A DNA stretch of 64,000 bases, from assembly GCA_963801355.1 (NCBI GenBank), contig CAWDEM010000008.1, positions 160,001 to 224,000 on the forward strand, read 5' to 3'. Every line of letters starts with the position of its first letter. Position 1 is the first letter of the stretch. The position numbers and the translations under genes are program-made. The stretch comes from Ignavibacteriota bacterium. GTDB taxonomy: Bacteria > Bacteroidota > Ignavibacteria > UBA10030 > UBA6906. The notes under the pieces are model-generated. The model was not told where the DNA came from, did no database searches, and was given only the letters and a program-made list of their open reading frames with translations. This document shows, piece after piece, positions 27,446 to 37,491 of this stretch.

Positions 27446-30400
27446 ATGGGCACAATGCGCCGATTGACAATTCCCCTGGTACTGATCCTCGCAGTCTGCT
27501 CTCTTGCCAACGCCCAGGTGTTGTGGCGTTCTGTCGCAAGCGGCAACTGGGGGGCCATCACAACCTGGGAGTATTCCACCGATTGGGGGGGGACGTGGGG
27601 AGTTCCTCCTGCGGCTCCAGCCACGCGTGATACAGCCAGTGGGTTTATCATCAATACCGGTCACACGGTGGTCGTGGAAGCAAGTCCGAAGTACTGCGGC
27701 GATCTGTTGGTCAAAGCAGGTGGAGTTCTCACGACGAACGTCAAGCAGCCCACAAGTGACATCCGTTACATCCGCATCAAGGGGACTCAGTTGACGGTGG
27801 ACGGAGTCTTTGGATTTGCAGTCGATCCGTCCGACAGTGCGGATGTGCTCAGCCTGCAGGTATACGGTCCGAACCAGACGCTGGTTATCAAGGGTTCGGG
27901 CACGATAAACATCTGTCGCATCCGTCCACATACAGGAGCCGGGAGAACGAATATCGGAGTGGAATTCGAGACCAACGCGACGATCACCTATATCGGATCG
28001 ACCGGCACAGGTGGCGCGGGTATCTACTCTGCTAATGATGCAAACAATGACAATATCACATTCGCTGTGAATCCGGGGCGGACGGTCACGATGGTTGACG
28101 GTTGCAACCTCGCGACCAGTTCGAGCACATCGACTGACGGCACTGCCAGCACAACATTCAACATTGGCGGTACAGTGAACATGCTCGGCGGAAACTTGAA
28201 CCTCCGCGGTGCTGCCGGGAAGAACATAGTGCTGAACGTTACCGGCACGCTGAATGTCGGCGGGAGCGTCTATCCCACCGGCACGACAGGCGTGACGAGC
28301 ACGATGAATGTTTCGGGTACAATGAATACCGGTACCCTCGGAAAAGGGACGCTGTACTTTGACGCCCCGGCGCAGCTTGTAACCGGAGCAGGCACCTTCA
28401 CGGTAGGCCAAGGTGCGACGTTCCGGACGGGTTTGCCTCAGGGTCTTCCTGCCTCGGGCGGCCAGATCCGGACCAACACCGTGACATTCAGTCCGGGTGC
28501 CAACTATGCCTACGTCGGGACCGCTGCGCAAACAACGGGCGCACTTCTTCCCGTACATGTCAGAGGGCTCGCGGTTGCCAACGCGGCCGGCGTAACGCTC
28601 TCGAAGAGCACCCTTGTGGATTCCACACTCACGTTGACGAGTGGCGCTCTCCTCACCGGAGCTGACACACTGGCTGTCGGACCCGGAGGAGAAGTCGAGC
28701 GGACAAGCGGGTATGTTGATGGCAATCTCGCAAAGCCCACTCCCGGCGGCGCCACGACTTTTGAAGTCGGAGCGGCCGGCGGGTATTCGCCGGTCGTTGT
28801 CAACGTGACATCCGGTTCCGGATATGCCGCGGTGAAAGCGGTCAATGGCAGCCATCCGAACCTCATCAACAGCGCGCTAGCATTGAAGCGCTACTGGAAG
28901 CTAGCGAATATGGGGATCACGTCGGCTGATCTGACTTTTGCCTATCCCGCGGCGGATGTGCAGGGAACCGAGACTGCATATGTCGGTGCGCGGAATACGA
29001 CAGGCAAGGAGTGGAGCAAATATACCACGACAGTCGACGCCGTGGCGCACACCGCAACGGTGACCGGCGCCACAGTCGCATCAGACTGGACGCTCGGGGA
29101 ACCGCGTGCGTTCTCGCCGTTTGACGATCCGGCTGCCTTGATCGTCCCCAATGCGCTCAGGCCAATGACACTTGACGGGAAGCTCGACGAGTCGGAGTGG
29201 GCTTCGGCGCCGACGTTGCTCTTTGGCAACGGCGCCTACCTGAAGAAGGGGATGGGAGAGCAGACGGTGACCGGAGGTTTCGACATCAAGGCCACCTACG
29301 ACTACTGGGATCAGGGTGTGTTCTACGGCACCTTCCATCGGCCGAACACTGACAGTTCTCTTGCAAAGGTGAAGTTCCTGCGCAAGGGTGTGAACCTGTA
29401 CATCGGCATACAGTCGGACGACAAGAGTATCTGCAAGTTCGACTGGGAAGGCGACGGACTGTTCGTCAAAATCAAGCGGTCGAACGGAAACGATCTGGAA
29501 TACAAGCTGTACTACCAGAACATCGGCACCGCGGCCGACACGATCCGGTACGAAGGCCCCGGAGGGTTGACCAACTTTGGCGACGGAGCGGGGTATCTCA
29601 TGACCGGCTCCACAGCCAACGACACGACGAATGTGGACAATGGATACTCAGCCGAGTTGATGATCAAGTTGGATTCGCTCGGCTACACCGCCACGCTTGA
29701 CACGGTGAAGCTGTCGATGGCGGTGTTCGATCCTGACGGGTACCAGCACCCGATGAACTCCTACGACACGACGGCGGGATCATACTACAAGTCGTGGTGG
29801 GGGAGTGAATGGGGTGGAGTCTACCGCTCGCTCCTCTTCTCACCGGAGCCGGTGAAGTTCGATGACCCGCCGGGTATTGCGGTGCAGAATGCTTTGCGCG
29901 CAATGACGGTGGACGGCAAACTTGATGAGTCGGAGTGGGCCACCGCTCCCACACTCGCCTTTGGCAACGGTGCCTTCGTGAAGAAGGCTGCCGGCCAGAA
30001 GACGGTGACCGGGGAATTCGACATCAAAGCCACGTACGACTACTACGACCAGGGCAAGTTCTACGGCACGTTCCATCTGCCGAACACGGATAGTTCTCTT
30101 GCGACGGTGAAGTTCCTGCGCAAGGGTGTGAACCTGTACATCGGCATACAGTCGAACGACAAGAGTATCTGCAAGTTCGACTGGGAAGGCGACGGACTGT
30201 TCGTGAAAATCAAACGGTCGAACGGGACCGATCTGGAATATAAGCTGTATTACCAGAACATCGGGACCGCGGCCGACACGATCCGGTACGAACCACCCGC
30301 AGCGAACTACGGTGAAGGGGCAGGCTATCTCTTCGCCGGTTCGAAGGTTAATGACACGACGGGCGTGGACAAAGGCTACTCAGCCGAGTTGATGATCAGG

Positions 30401-31633
30401 CTCGACTCGCTCGGGTACAAGGCCACGCTCGACACGGTGAAGCTGTCGATGGCGGTGTTTGATCCTGACGGGTACCAGCACCCGATGAACTCCTACGACA
30501 CGACGGCGGGATCGTACTTCAAGTCGTGGTGGGGGAGTGAATGGGGCGGAGTCTACCGGTCGCTGACGTTCTCGACGGAGCCTGTGAAGTTTGACGACCC
30601 CGATACCGTATTCGCGCCTACCGCCACCGGGACAATTACGGTTGACGGTGTGTTGGACGAGGCAGACTGGGCAAGAAGGTCTACACATCTGCTCTTCGGC
30701 AACGGTGCCTTCCTGAAGAAGGCATCCGGCCAGAATACGGTGACCGGAGAATTCGACATTAAAGCCACGTACGACTACTGGGATCAGGGTGTGTTCTACG
30801 GCACATTCCATCGGCCGAACACGGATAGTTCACTTGCAACGGTGAAGTTCCTGCGCAAGGGAGCAAACCTGTATATCGGCATCCAATCGGACGACAAGAG
30901 TATCTGCAAGTTCGACTGGGAAGGCGACGGGATGTTCCTGAAGATCAGGCGCGCGAACGGGACCGATGTAGAGTTCAAGCTGTACTACCAGAACACCGGT
31001 ACAGCGGCCGACACAATCCGGTACGAGCCACCCGCGGCCAATTACGGTCTGGGAGCGGGCAAGCTCGCTTCGGGTTCGAAAGCAAACGACACGACGGGTG
31101 TGGACAACGGGTACACGGCAGAATTGATGGTTAAGCTGGATTCTCTAGGCTATCTGCCGACGGCGCGTAACGTCCAGCTGTCGATGGCGGTGTTTGACCC
31201 CGACGGGTACCAGCACCCGATGAACTCCTACGACACGACGGCAGGATCGTACTACAAGTCGTGGTGGGGAAGCGAGTGGGGTGGGGTGTGGCGCGTCGTT
31301 TCCTTCGACAACCTCCTGGGAGTTGAGGGCGAACCGGGTGTCATTCCGCAGGTGTACGCTCTGCACCAGAACTTCCCGAATCCATTTAATCCCAGCACGC
31401 GAATTCGCTTTGACGTGCCGGCGGCGAGCACGGTCCGCATTGCCGTCTTCGACGTCACCGGCCGTGAAGTGGCATCGTTGGTGCAGGGGGATTATGCTCC
31501 CGGCACGTACACAACGACATTTGACGCCAGCAGGCTCGCGAGCGGCGTGTACTTCTACAGGATGATGGCATTCGGTGTGGAAGGTGGCGGTGCTGCCTTC
31601 GTCACTACGAACAAGTTGGTGCTTTTGAAATAG
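27446..31633 (+). CDS. Large T9SS-secreted protein: Gly/Thr-rich beta-stalk, three CBM9/DOMON-like repeats and type A CTD
   Basis: Signal peptide; T(L/V)DG.LDE..W, LYIGIQS.D and GY(S/T)AELM motifs three times; LHQNFPNPFNPST...ASGVYFYRM...KLVLLK. Confidence 0.8.
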   Translation: MGTMRRLTIPLVLILAVCSLANAQVLWRSVASGNWGAITTWEYSTDWGGTWGVPPAAPATRDTASGFIINTGHTVVVEASPKYCGDLLVKAGGVLTTNVKQPTSDIRYIRIKGTQLTVDGVFGFAVDPSDSADVLSLQVYGPNQTLVIKGSGTINICRIRPHTGAGRTNIGVEFETNATITYIGSTGTGGAGIYSANDANNDNITFAVNPGRTVTMVDGCNLATSSSTSTDGTASTTFNIGGTVNMLGGNLNLRGAAGKNIVLNVTGTLNVGGSVYPTGTTGVTSTMNVSGTMNTGTLGKGTLYFDAPAQLVTGAGTFTVGQGATFRTGLPQGLPASGGQIRTNTVTFSPGANYAYVGTAAQTTGALLPVHVRGLAVANAAGVTLSKSTLVDSTLTLTSGALLTGADTLAVGPGGEVERTSGYVDGNLAKPTPGGATTFEVGAAGGYSPVVVNVTSGSGYAAVKAVNGSHPNLINSALALKRYWKLANMGITSADLTFAYPAADVQGTETAYVGARNTTGKEWSKYTTTVDAVAHTATVTGATVASDWTLGEPRAFSPFDDPAALIVPNALRPMTLDGKLDESEWASAPTLLFGNGAYLKKGMGEQTVTGGFDIKATYDYWDQGVFYGTFHRPNTDSSLAKVKFLRKGVNLYIGIQSDDKSICKFDWEGDGLFVKIKRSNGNDLEYKLYYQNIGTAADTIRYEGPGGLTNFGDGAGYLMTGSTANDTTNVDNGYSAELMIKLDSLGYTATLDTVKLSMAVFDPDGYQHPMNSYDTTAGSYYKSWWGSEWGGVYRSLLFSPEPVKFDDPPGIAVQNALRAMTVDGKLDESEWATAPTLAFGNGAFVKKAAGQKTVTGEFDIKATYDYYDQGKFYGTFHLPNTDSSLATVKFLRKGVNLYIGIQSNDKSICKFDWEGDGLFVKIKRSNGTDLEYKLYYQNIGTAADTIRYEPPAANYGEGAGYLFAGSKVNDTTGVDKGYSAELMIRLDSLGYKATLDTVKLSMAVFDPDGYQHPMNSYDTTAGSYFKSWWGSEWGGVYRSLTFSTEPVKFDDPDTVFAPTATGTITVDGVLDEADWARRSTHLLFGNGAFLKKASGQNTVTGEFDIKATYDYWDQGVFYGTFHRPNTDSSLATVKFLRKGANLYIGIQSDDKSICKFDWEGDGMFLKIRRANGTDVEFKLYYQNTGTAADTIRYEPPAANYGLGAGKLASGSKANDTTGVDNGYTAELMVKLDSLGYLPTARNVQLSMAVFDPDGYQHPMNSYDTTAGSYYKSWWGSEWGGVWRVVSFDNLLGVEGEPGVIPQVYALHQNFPNPFNPSTRIRFDVPAASTVRIAVFDVTGREVASLVQGDYAPGTYTTTFDASRLASGVYFYRMMAFGVEGGGAAFVTTNKLVLLK
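29120..31312 (+). repeat. Three tandem intragenic repeats of ~735 bp
   Basis: FDDP codons start at 29120, 29858 and 30590 (spacings 738 and 732 bp); long identical DNA blocks such as gacaagagtatctgcaagttcgactgggaaggcgacgg in all three copies. Confidence 0.95.
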
Positions 31634-31651
31634 TTGAATTGATGCAGACGA

Positions 31652-31693
31652 AGAGGTGGGGCTTTCTTTCATGACGGAAGAAAGCCCCACTCT
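31652..31693 (+). other. Strong intergenic stem-loop without a U tract
   Basis: gtggggctttctttc-atgac-ggaagaaagccccac. Confidence 0.75.
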
Positions 31694-31737
31694 GCTGCCC
31701 GGAGGAGTTTCCAGACTTCGTAGAGGCACACCCGGCC

Positions 31738-32769
31738 GTGACCACAATCAAAGAAGTAGCCAGGAAGGCAGGCGTTTCGATTGCCACAGTTTCCCGCGTG
31801 TTGAACAACGTGGGAGCGGTGGATGAACGGACACGGGCGCTTGTGTCAAAGACCGTGGTGGAACTTCGGTACGTCCCCAATCCACTGGGGCGCGGTCTGA
31901 GCAGGCAAAAAACGGAAGCCATCGGTTTGCTGCTCCCCGATCTGTTCGGCGAGTTCTTCTCGGAAGTGATTCGCGGGGCTGACCAGACGGCGCAGCTCCA
32001 CCGGTATCATCTGATGGTCTCCAGTTCTCATAACAGCCGCGCGGAGATCGAAGCTGCAATCCGGATGATGCGCGGACGTGTTGACGGTCTCCTGATCATG
32101 TCTCCGCATATCGACGAGCGGACTCTGAGGGAGAACCTCCCCCAGCACCTTCCTGTCGTACTCATCAATGCGCGGGTTTGTGGAGACGACTACGACTCGT
32201 ACAACGTCGACAATCTTGCCGGGTCGGCGGCAATGGTGGAGCACCTTGTTACTCACGGTCACCACCGCATTGCGCTGATCAAGGGGATCGAAGACAACAT
32301 CGACGCACTTGAGCGTCACCAGGGGTACCGGAAAGCGCTCGCCGCGGGCGGGATTGAGCAAGTACCCGAATACGAGATTGCCGGTGACTTCACGGAGGCG
32401 TCGGGATACAACGCCGTCCGTCAGATTCTTCAGCTTGATCCGCGGCCAACGGCGATATTCGCGTGCAACGACACTGCGGCGATCGGTGCCATGAGCGCGC
32501 TCCGGGGAGCAGGCCTCCGCGTCCCCGACGACATTGCCGTGGCAGGCTTTGATGATATTCCCATCAGTTCATATCTGAGACCTTCACTCACCACGGTACA
32601 CGTGGGCATCGATAGAGTGGGAGTGCTTGCGGTGGAAACGCTTCTCCGCGCACTCGCAGAACGGAATGCCCACCGGAAGGAACACCGGATGATCCCCACG
32701 ACACTGGCCCTCCGTGGATCCTGCGGATGTCCCGAAGTGAGCCTGCCGGTGTCCGCTGTTGCATCATAA
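31738..32769 (+). CDS. LacI-family transcriptional repressor
   Basis: TIKEVARKAGVSIATVSRVLN HTH, Y.PN..GR.L hinge, PDDIAVAGFDD, PSLTTV; GTG start. Confidence 0.96.
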   Translation: MTTIKEVARKAGVSIATVSRVLNNVGAVDERTRALVSKTVVELRYVPNPLGRGLSRQKTEAIGLLLPDLFGEFFSEVIRGADQTAQLHRYHLMVSSSHNSRAEIEAAIRMMRGRVDGLLIMSPHIDERTLRENLPQHLPVVLINARVCGDDYDSYNVDNLAGSAAMVEHLVTHGHHRIALIKGIEDNIDALERHQGYRKALAAGGIEQVPEYEIAGDFTEASGYNAVRQILQLDPRPTAIFACNDTAAIGAMSALRGAGLRVPDDIAVAGFDDIPISSYLRPSLTTVHVGIDRVGVLAVETLLRALAERNAHRKEHRMIPTTLALRGSCGCPEVSLPVSAVAS

Positions 32770-32855
32770 GCGCGGGGAGCCATCCCCGGTCCCATGTACA
32801 AATGAGCAAATGCATACAGGAGTGTTCAGTCAACATACCATTGAGGGAGGTACGT

Positions 32856-34724
32856 ATGTATCAACGGCGACTCCTTGTGAGCGTGGCGCTGGTGCTGTGC
32901 GGAGTCACGCTTGCGTTGGGGCAGTATTCCCCGCGTAAGGATTATGTCTGGGCGCGGGATATTTCCGTGGCGGCGAGCCCTGCCATCACGCTTGACGGGC
33001 TGCTGACGGAAGCAGTCTGGGCGAAGGCGGAATCGATTCAGATTGCCTATGGTGTCAAAGACGGCAATCCCAACAGTGGATGGCTCACCAGAACACTCGG
33101 CGGAATACCGGCCGATAGTCCCCGCGCCACCATCAAGTTTCTTTCCGATAAGACCACCAATCGCGTTTACATCGCCGTGATTGCCCAAGACAGTTCGGTT
33201 GGCGGTGCCGGATGGGAGAACGCTGACGGCCTTCTGGCGGGGATCTGTGATCGTAAGCAGAAGGCCTCGAGTCAGGTGACACTGCACCGTGATATCTTCA
33301 TATCCTGGGTCGATTCCTCGGCCGAGGGGGCACTCCCGAATCTCACCGGCGGATCTCTGCCGAAAGCGGGGATCGTGACTGCCGCGGCTTCGGTAAATGG
33401 TGTCTCCAACAGCGACACGAATGCAACGGGTCAGCGTGTCGCTGACCTGGGCTATACGATCGAGCTGGCCGTGGCACTCGACAGCATTGGATACAGGGCG
33501 AATAGCGATACGGTGGATGAGGTTCAGATCAACATAGATATCTGGGATGCCGACTGGCGCGGTGCCGCGGATGCTATCTTCTCGTGTGCTTGGTGGGGTC
33601 ATGAGTGGGGAAATGACGGCGGGGGCATGGCGGGACGAATACTTGTGCGGCAGGATGTCAACGTCAATACCGCCACTCTTCCCGTGTACGGCCCGGACCT
33701 AGTCATCAAGAACGGGAGCAACTATCCGGCGATCGCCGTGGACGGTAGTCTGAACGACGAGGTCTGGAGCGCGGTGGCTTCGTTCGATATCCAGTATGGA
33801 AACGCCGCTCTGCGTGCGACGTATCCGACTATCGGGAAGGACCGGAGCGGCGAGTGGAACCCCCAAATGAGTCAGCCCGTCGTAAATGCCGGTGTGACCA
33901 AAGTGAAGCTGACGTTCCAGGGAGACAAGCTGTTTCTCGGTGCCGATGTGAGCGACCGCTCTCTAAATAGCTTCGCGAGCGCCACTGCGTTTGATGGTGT
34001 CCAACTCACAATGACGCTCCCCATCGACTCACTCCGCGACAAACTTGCCCACGCCCTGCCGGATCGGCGCTTCGGGATTGCCCTCAATGCGGGGTCTCCA
34101 ATGCTGCTCTGGGACGGGGTTGACTGGACTTCGACCATTGCGTACGGGATCGCGCTGAAGACCGGCTCGACGATCGACAACAACAACGACGTGGACTTGG
34201 GGTACACGGTTGAAGCTTCCTTTGACCTGTCAAAGATGGGGTACACGGCGGGCCAGCAGAACAAAACAGTGGCAATCGGCGTGACCGCGTACGATTATGA
34301 CATCACTCCCACAAGTAGCCCGGGGGTGTGGGCATGGTGGTTCCGAGAAGCGCCGGGAAAAGCCAGTCCCGCATTCTGTGTCCTTGACAATAGCGCCTTG
34401 CTTGTGAGTGTGGCTGATGACCCGGTTGCAGGGTTCCCCCTGGAATTCACACTGCGGGGGGCCTATCCGAATCCCTTCAATCCCACAACGACATTCTGTT
34501 TCGACCTGCCGGAAGCCGGGCGGGCAACCCTGGTCCTGTACGACGTCCTCGGACGCATGGTGCGGCACATCGATCTCGGACGGTTGGAGAGCGGTTCGTA
34601 CGAACGACCGGTGGATGCTTCGTCGCTTGCGAGCGGTGCATATGTGAGCCGGATCGAGTTTGTTGCGGAGCGGACCGGTGCGCGGAGGTTGTCGGAGAGC
34701 ATTCGTCTGATGCTTGTCAAATAG
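32856..34724 (+). CDS. T9SS-secreted protein with two CBM9/DOMON-like domains
   Basis: Signal peptide; ITLDGLLTEAVW and IAVDGSLNDEVW, GYT(I/V)E motifs; AYPNPFNPTT...ASGAY CTD; GGAGG RBS. Confidence 0.75.
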   Translation: MYQRRLLVSVALVLCGVTLALGQYSPRKDYVWARDISVAASPAITLDGLLTEAVWAKAESIQIAYGVKDGNPNSGWLTRTLGGIPADSPRATIKFLSDKTTNRVYIAVIAQDSSVGGAGWENADGLLAGICDRKQKASSQVTLHRDIFISWVDSSAEGALPNLTGGSLPKAGIVTAAASVNGVSNSDTNATGQRVADLGYTIELAVALDSIGYRANSDTVDEVQINIDIWDADWRGAADAIFSCAWWGHEWGNDGGGMAGRILVRQDVNVNTATLPVYGPDLVIKNGSNYPAIAVDGSLNDEVWSAVASFDIQYGNAALRATYPTIGKDRSGEWNPQMSQPVVNAGVTKVKLTFQGDKLFLGADVSDRSLNSFASATAFDGVQLTMTLPIDSLRDKLAHALPDRRFGIALNAGSPMLLWDGVDWTSTIAYGIALKTGSTIDNNNDVDLGYTVEASFDLSKMGYTAGQQNKTVAIGVTAYDYDITPTSSPGVWAWWFREAPGKASPAFCVLDNSALLVSVADDPVAGFPLEFTLRGAYPNPFNPTTTFCFDLPEAGRATLVLYDVLGRMVRHIDLGRLESGSYERPVDASSLASGAYVSRIEFVAERTGARRLSESIRLMLVK

Positions 34725-34805
34725 GCTGTGCCTTTCCTGCATCGTCTCATGGAGGAGGCAGCGCTGCAACCGCCTCCTCTTCCTTTCCATGGTGGTGAGG
34801 AACGT

Positions 34806-37481
34806 ATGAAGCATCCACGCTTTCAACGCGCATGCCTCTTCATAAGTCCGGCCGCCGTTGTGCTGCTCGCCGGCTTCATGGGGCTGCTCCTGCTGTCCCC
34901 GCAGGCTCTGGCTGACACCAGCGGAAAACTGACGGGGAAAATCATTGATCAGAACAATCAGCCTGTGCCTTCCGCCAATATCGTTCTCCTGGGAACGACC
35001 ACAGGGACAGTCGCAGATGTGGAAGGCGATTTCACGGTATTGAACGTTCCCGTGGGCACGTATGACGTCCGTGTGGGAGCCGTCGGGTATCAACCCCGGT
35101 TGGTGAAGGGTGTTGTGATCAGTGCCGGGCAAACCACCACATTGAACGTCACCATCACCGAGACCATGATCGAAACCAACGAGGTGGTCACCGTGGCGGA
35201 GCGGCCGCTCGTGGATACGCGGATGACGAGTTCAATGGCAATTCTGAGCAAGGATGATATTTCCGCGCTCCCTGTCCAGAGTCTGAACGACGTTGTCAGC
35301 CTTCAGGCGGGTGTCGTGGACGGGCATTTCCGGGGGGGGCGGGCCGGGGAAGTGCAGTATCAGGTCGACGGCGTATCGGTGAATAACCCGTACGATAACT
35401 CTTCGGTACTGACGCTCGACAAGTCCGTCCTGCAGGAAGTTCAGGTGATCAGCGGGTCGTTCGACCCTGAGTACGGACAGGCGATGAGCGGGGTTGTCAA
35501 CGCCGTGCTGCGGACCGGTTCTGAAGAGCGGTACGAAGCCAGTGCCGAGGTATTTGCCGGCTCGTATCTTCCGGGTCCGGCTGATGCCGGTGATTTTCCC
35601 TATATGAAAGCAGTCCCTCCGGCCATTCAGAACTACACTATTTCCATCGGGGGCCCGGTGCCCCTGCCGCGCACATCATTTCTCCTTAACGTCCGACGCT
35701 ATCAGGACAACGGGTATCTGTACGGGGTCCGTCGTTTCGTACCTTCAGATATATCCGACTTCGCACAAAAGGTCTTTCGCCCCACAGGCGACGATGAGGA
35801 AGTCCCGCTGGCGAAGTCTGAAGAATGGTCGGGCCAATTGAAGATTGCGAACCGTGCCCTCGGCGATCTTCAGATAAGCTATCAGGCGATCGGGAGTACC
35901 AGCAAGGCAAGCGCCTCTGATTTTGCCTACAGGTTCAATCCTGACGGACAACGGACGCAAAGGCGATTCTCTCTCGTCCACGGTTTCGAGGTGTCACATT
36001 CTCTTTCGCCTGCGCTCTTCTATACGGTCAGCCTGCGGCAAAACTATTTTCATTACAAGGATTACGCCTTCGAATCAGTGCTCGACCCCGGGTATCTTGC
36101 GGCGGGGGTTCCGCGCGGCGATGCAAACTATGAGCTCGGGGCGATCCTGCAGGGGTACAACCTCGGCAGGTTCGAGCAGAAGACAAATGCCTTTCTGGTG
36201 AAGGGAGCGGTGACGGCGCAGATCGGGCCGTACAATCTGGTGAAGCTCGGCATTGAAGGGCAGACGTCGGCCATCGGATTTGGTTCGCCGGGAACCCTCG
36301 GAGGTGTTGTGCTCGACGGGACGCACTCCGATGTCTATCTGGTGCCTGACTCCCTGGCGCAGAATTACCGGACCTATTATCCGGTCTCGATCGCGGCGTT
36401 TTTGCAGGACCGGATTGAGTTCACCGACTTTCTCGTCCGCGCCGGAGTCCGCGCGGAATACTATGATTCCCGCTCAACGGTTCCGAGTGATCTCGAAAAT
36501 CCCGCAAACGTGATTGCGGGAGCTCCCGAGTCTGTCCCGGTGAGGACTTCCCGGAAGGTCGTTATCGCTCCCCGGCTCGGGATCTCGTATCCCATTACCG
36601 CCGGCGGGGCGATCTACTTTTCCTGGGGACACTTCTACCAGATGCCGGGATTCGGCAATCTGTACGCCAGTTCGGACTACTCGATTCTCAAGAACCTGCA
36701 GGCCGGTTCTTCACGGTTCAGCGTGATGGGCAATCCCGACATCAAACCGGAGTTCACCGAACAGTACGAATTCGGTGTGAAGCAGGAATTCGCGCGCCAG
36801 CTGGGGATAGACCTCAGCGTGTATTACAAGGACATAGAGAATCTTCTGGGGGTGGAGTTCATTGACACCTACGCCGACTCGCGTTATGCCAGATACACGA
36901 ACGTCGATTTCGGTTCGGTGTATGGCGTGAAGACAACGGTGGATTACCGTCTATCGGCATCGCTGTCGTTCTCGCTGAACTACACATTCCAGAACGCGCT
37001 GGGCAATTCGAGTGATCCGGCGGAGACAGCGAACCGGGCGGCAGCGGGGGAGGATCCGCGTCCCCGGCAGATACCGTTCGGGTGGGATCAGCGTCACACG
37101 CTGAATCTTTCCGCCGCACTGGCTGAGCCGAAGAGCTACAGTGCCACCGTCATCCTCCGGTACGGGAGCGGAAGTCCGTATACGCCGGCAGTCGGGTCCG
37201 GGTTCGGGGCGCAGCTCGAGCGCAATTCCTCCCCGAAACCGGCGTGGGTGAGCGTGGACCTTCGCGGCGAATGGTACCCGCCGATCGACGTCCTGGATTG
37301 CTCGGTGTTCCTGCGCGTCGTGAACCTGTTTGATTCCCGTTACTCCAACGGATTTGTGTTTGCCACGACCGGGAGCCCATACTACACGCTGACCCCGCCG
37401 GCGGATGCCGTTTCGCTGATCAACCCGTCGCGCTTTGCCGCGCCCCGGCGCATCGAACTCGGAATCGGGCTTCGTTATTGA
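34806..37481 (+). CDS. TonB-dependent receptor with carboxypeptidase-regulatory-like N-terminal domain (non-SusC type)
   Basis: GKLTGKIID...VPVGTY; plug HFRGGR..EV.YQVDG and EYGQAMSGVVN; PRLGISYP, GNPDIKPE, PRRIELGIGLRY. Confidence 0.92.
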   Translation: MKHPRFQRACLFISPAAVVLLAGFMGLLLLSPQALADTSGKLTGKIIDQNNQPVPSANIVLLGTTTGTVADVEGDFTVLNVPVGTYDVRVGAVGYQPRLVKGVVISAGQTTTLNVTITETMIETNEVVTVAERPLVDTRMTSSMAILSKDDISALPVQSLNDVVSLQAGVVDGHFRGGRAGEVQYQVDGVSVNNPYDNSSVLTLDKSVLQEVQVISGSFDPEYGQAMSGVVNAVLRTGSEERYEASAEVFAGSYLPGPADAGDFPYMKAVPPAIQNYTISIGGPVPLPRTSFLLNVRRYQDNGYLYGVRRFVPSDISDFAQKVFRPTGDDEEVPLAKSEEWSGQLKIANRALGDLQISYQAIGSTSKASASDFAYRFNPDGQRTQRRFSLVHGFEVSHSLSPALFYTVSLRQNYFHYKDYAFESVLDPGYLAAGVPRGDANYELGAILQGYNLGRFEQKTNAFLVKGAVTAQIGPYNLVKLGIEGQTSAIGFGSPGTLGGVVLDGTHSDVYLVPDSLAQNYRTYYPVSIAAFLQDRIEFTDFLVRAGVRAEYYDSRSTVPSDLENPANVIAGAPESVPVRTSRKVVIAPRLGISYPITAGGAIYFSWGHFYQMPGFGNLYASSDYSILKNLQAGSSRFSVMGNPDIKPEFTEQYEFGVKQEFARQLGIDLSVYYKDIENLLGVEFIDTYADSRYARYTNVDFGSVYGVKTTVDYRLSASLSFSLNYTFQNALGNSSDPAETANRAAAGEDPRPRQIPFGWDQRHTLNLSAALAEPKSYSATVILRYGSGSPYTPAVGSGFGAQLERNSSPKPAWVSVDLRGEWYPPIDVLDCSVFLRVVNLFDSRYSNGFVFATTGSPYYTLTPPADAVSLINPSRFAAPRRIELGIGLRY

Positions 37482-37491
37482 AGGAGTTGCC

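Noticed and set aside
27431-28855. 474-aa minus-strand ORF
   Set aside because: Cys/Arg-rich shadow of the 1395-aa secreted protein.
29120-31312. Repeats as a CRISPR array or a diversity-generating retroelement template/variable pair
   Set aside because: The units are ~735 bp in-frame protein domains, the differences are not obviously adenine-specific, and there is no reverse transcriptase or cas gene in the window.
35332-35339. G8 run in the TonB receptor as a phase-variation tract
   Set aside because: It is short, in frame, and encodes the conserved RGGR plug motif.
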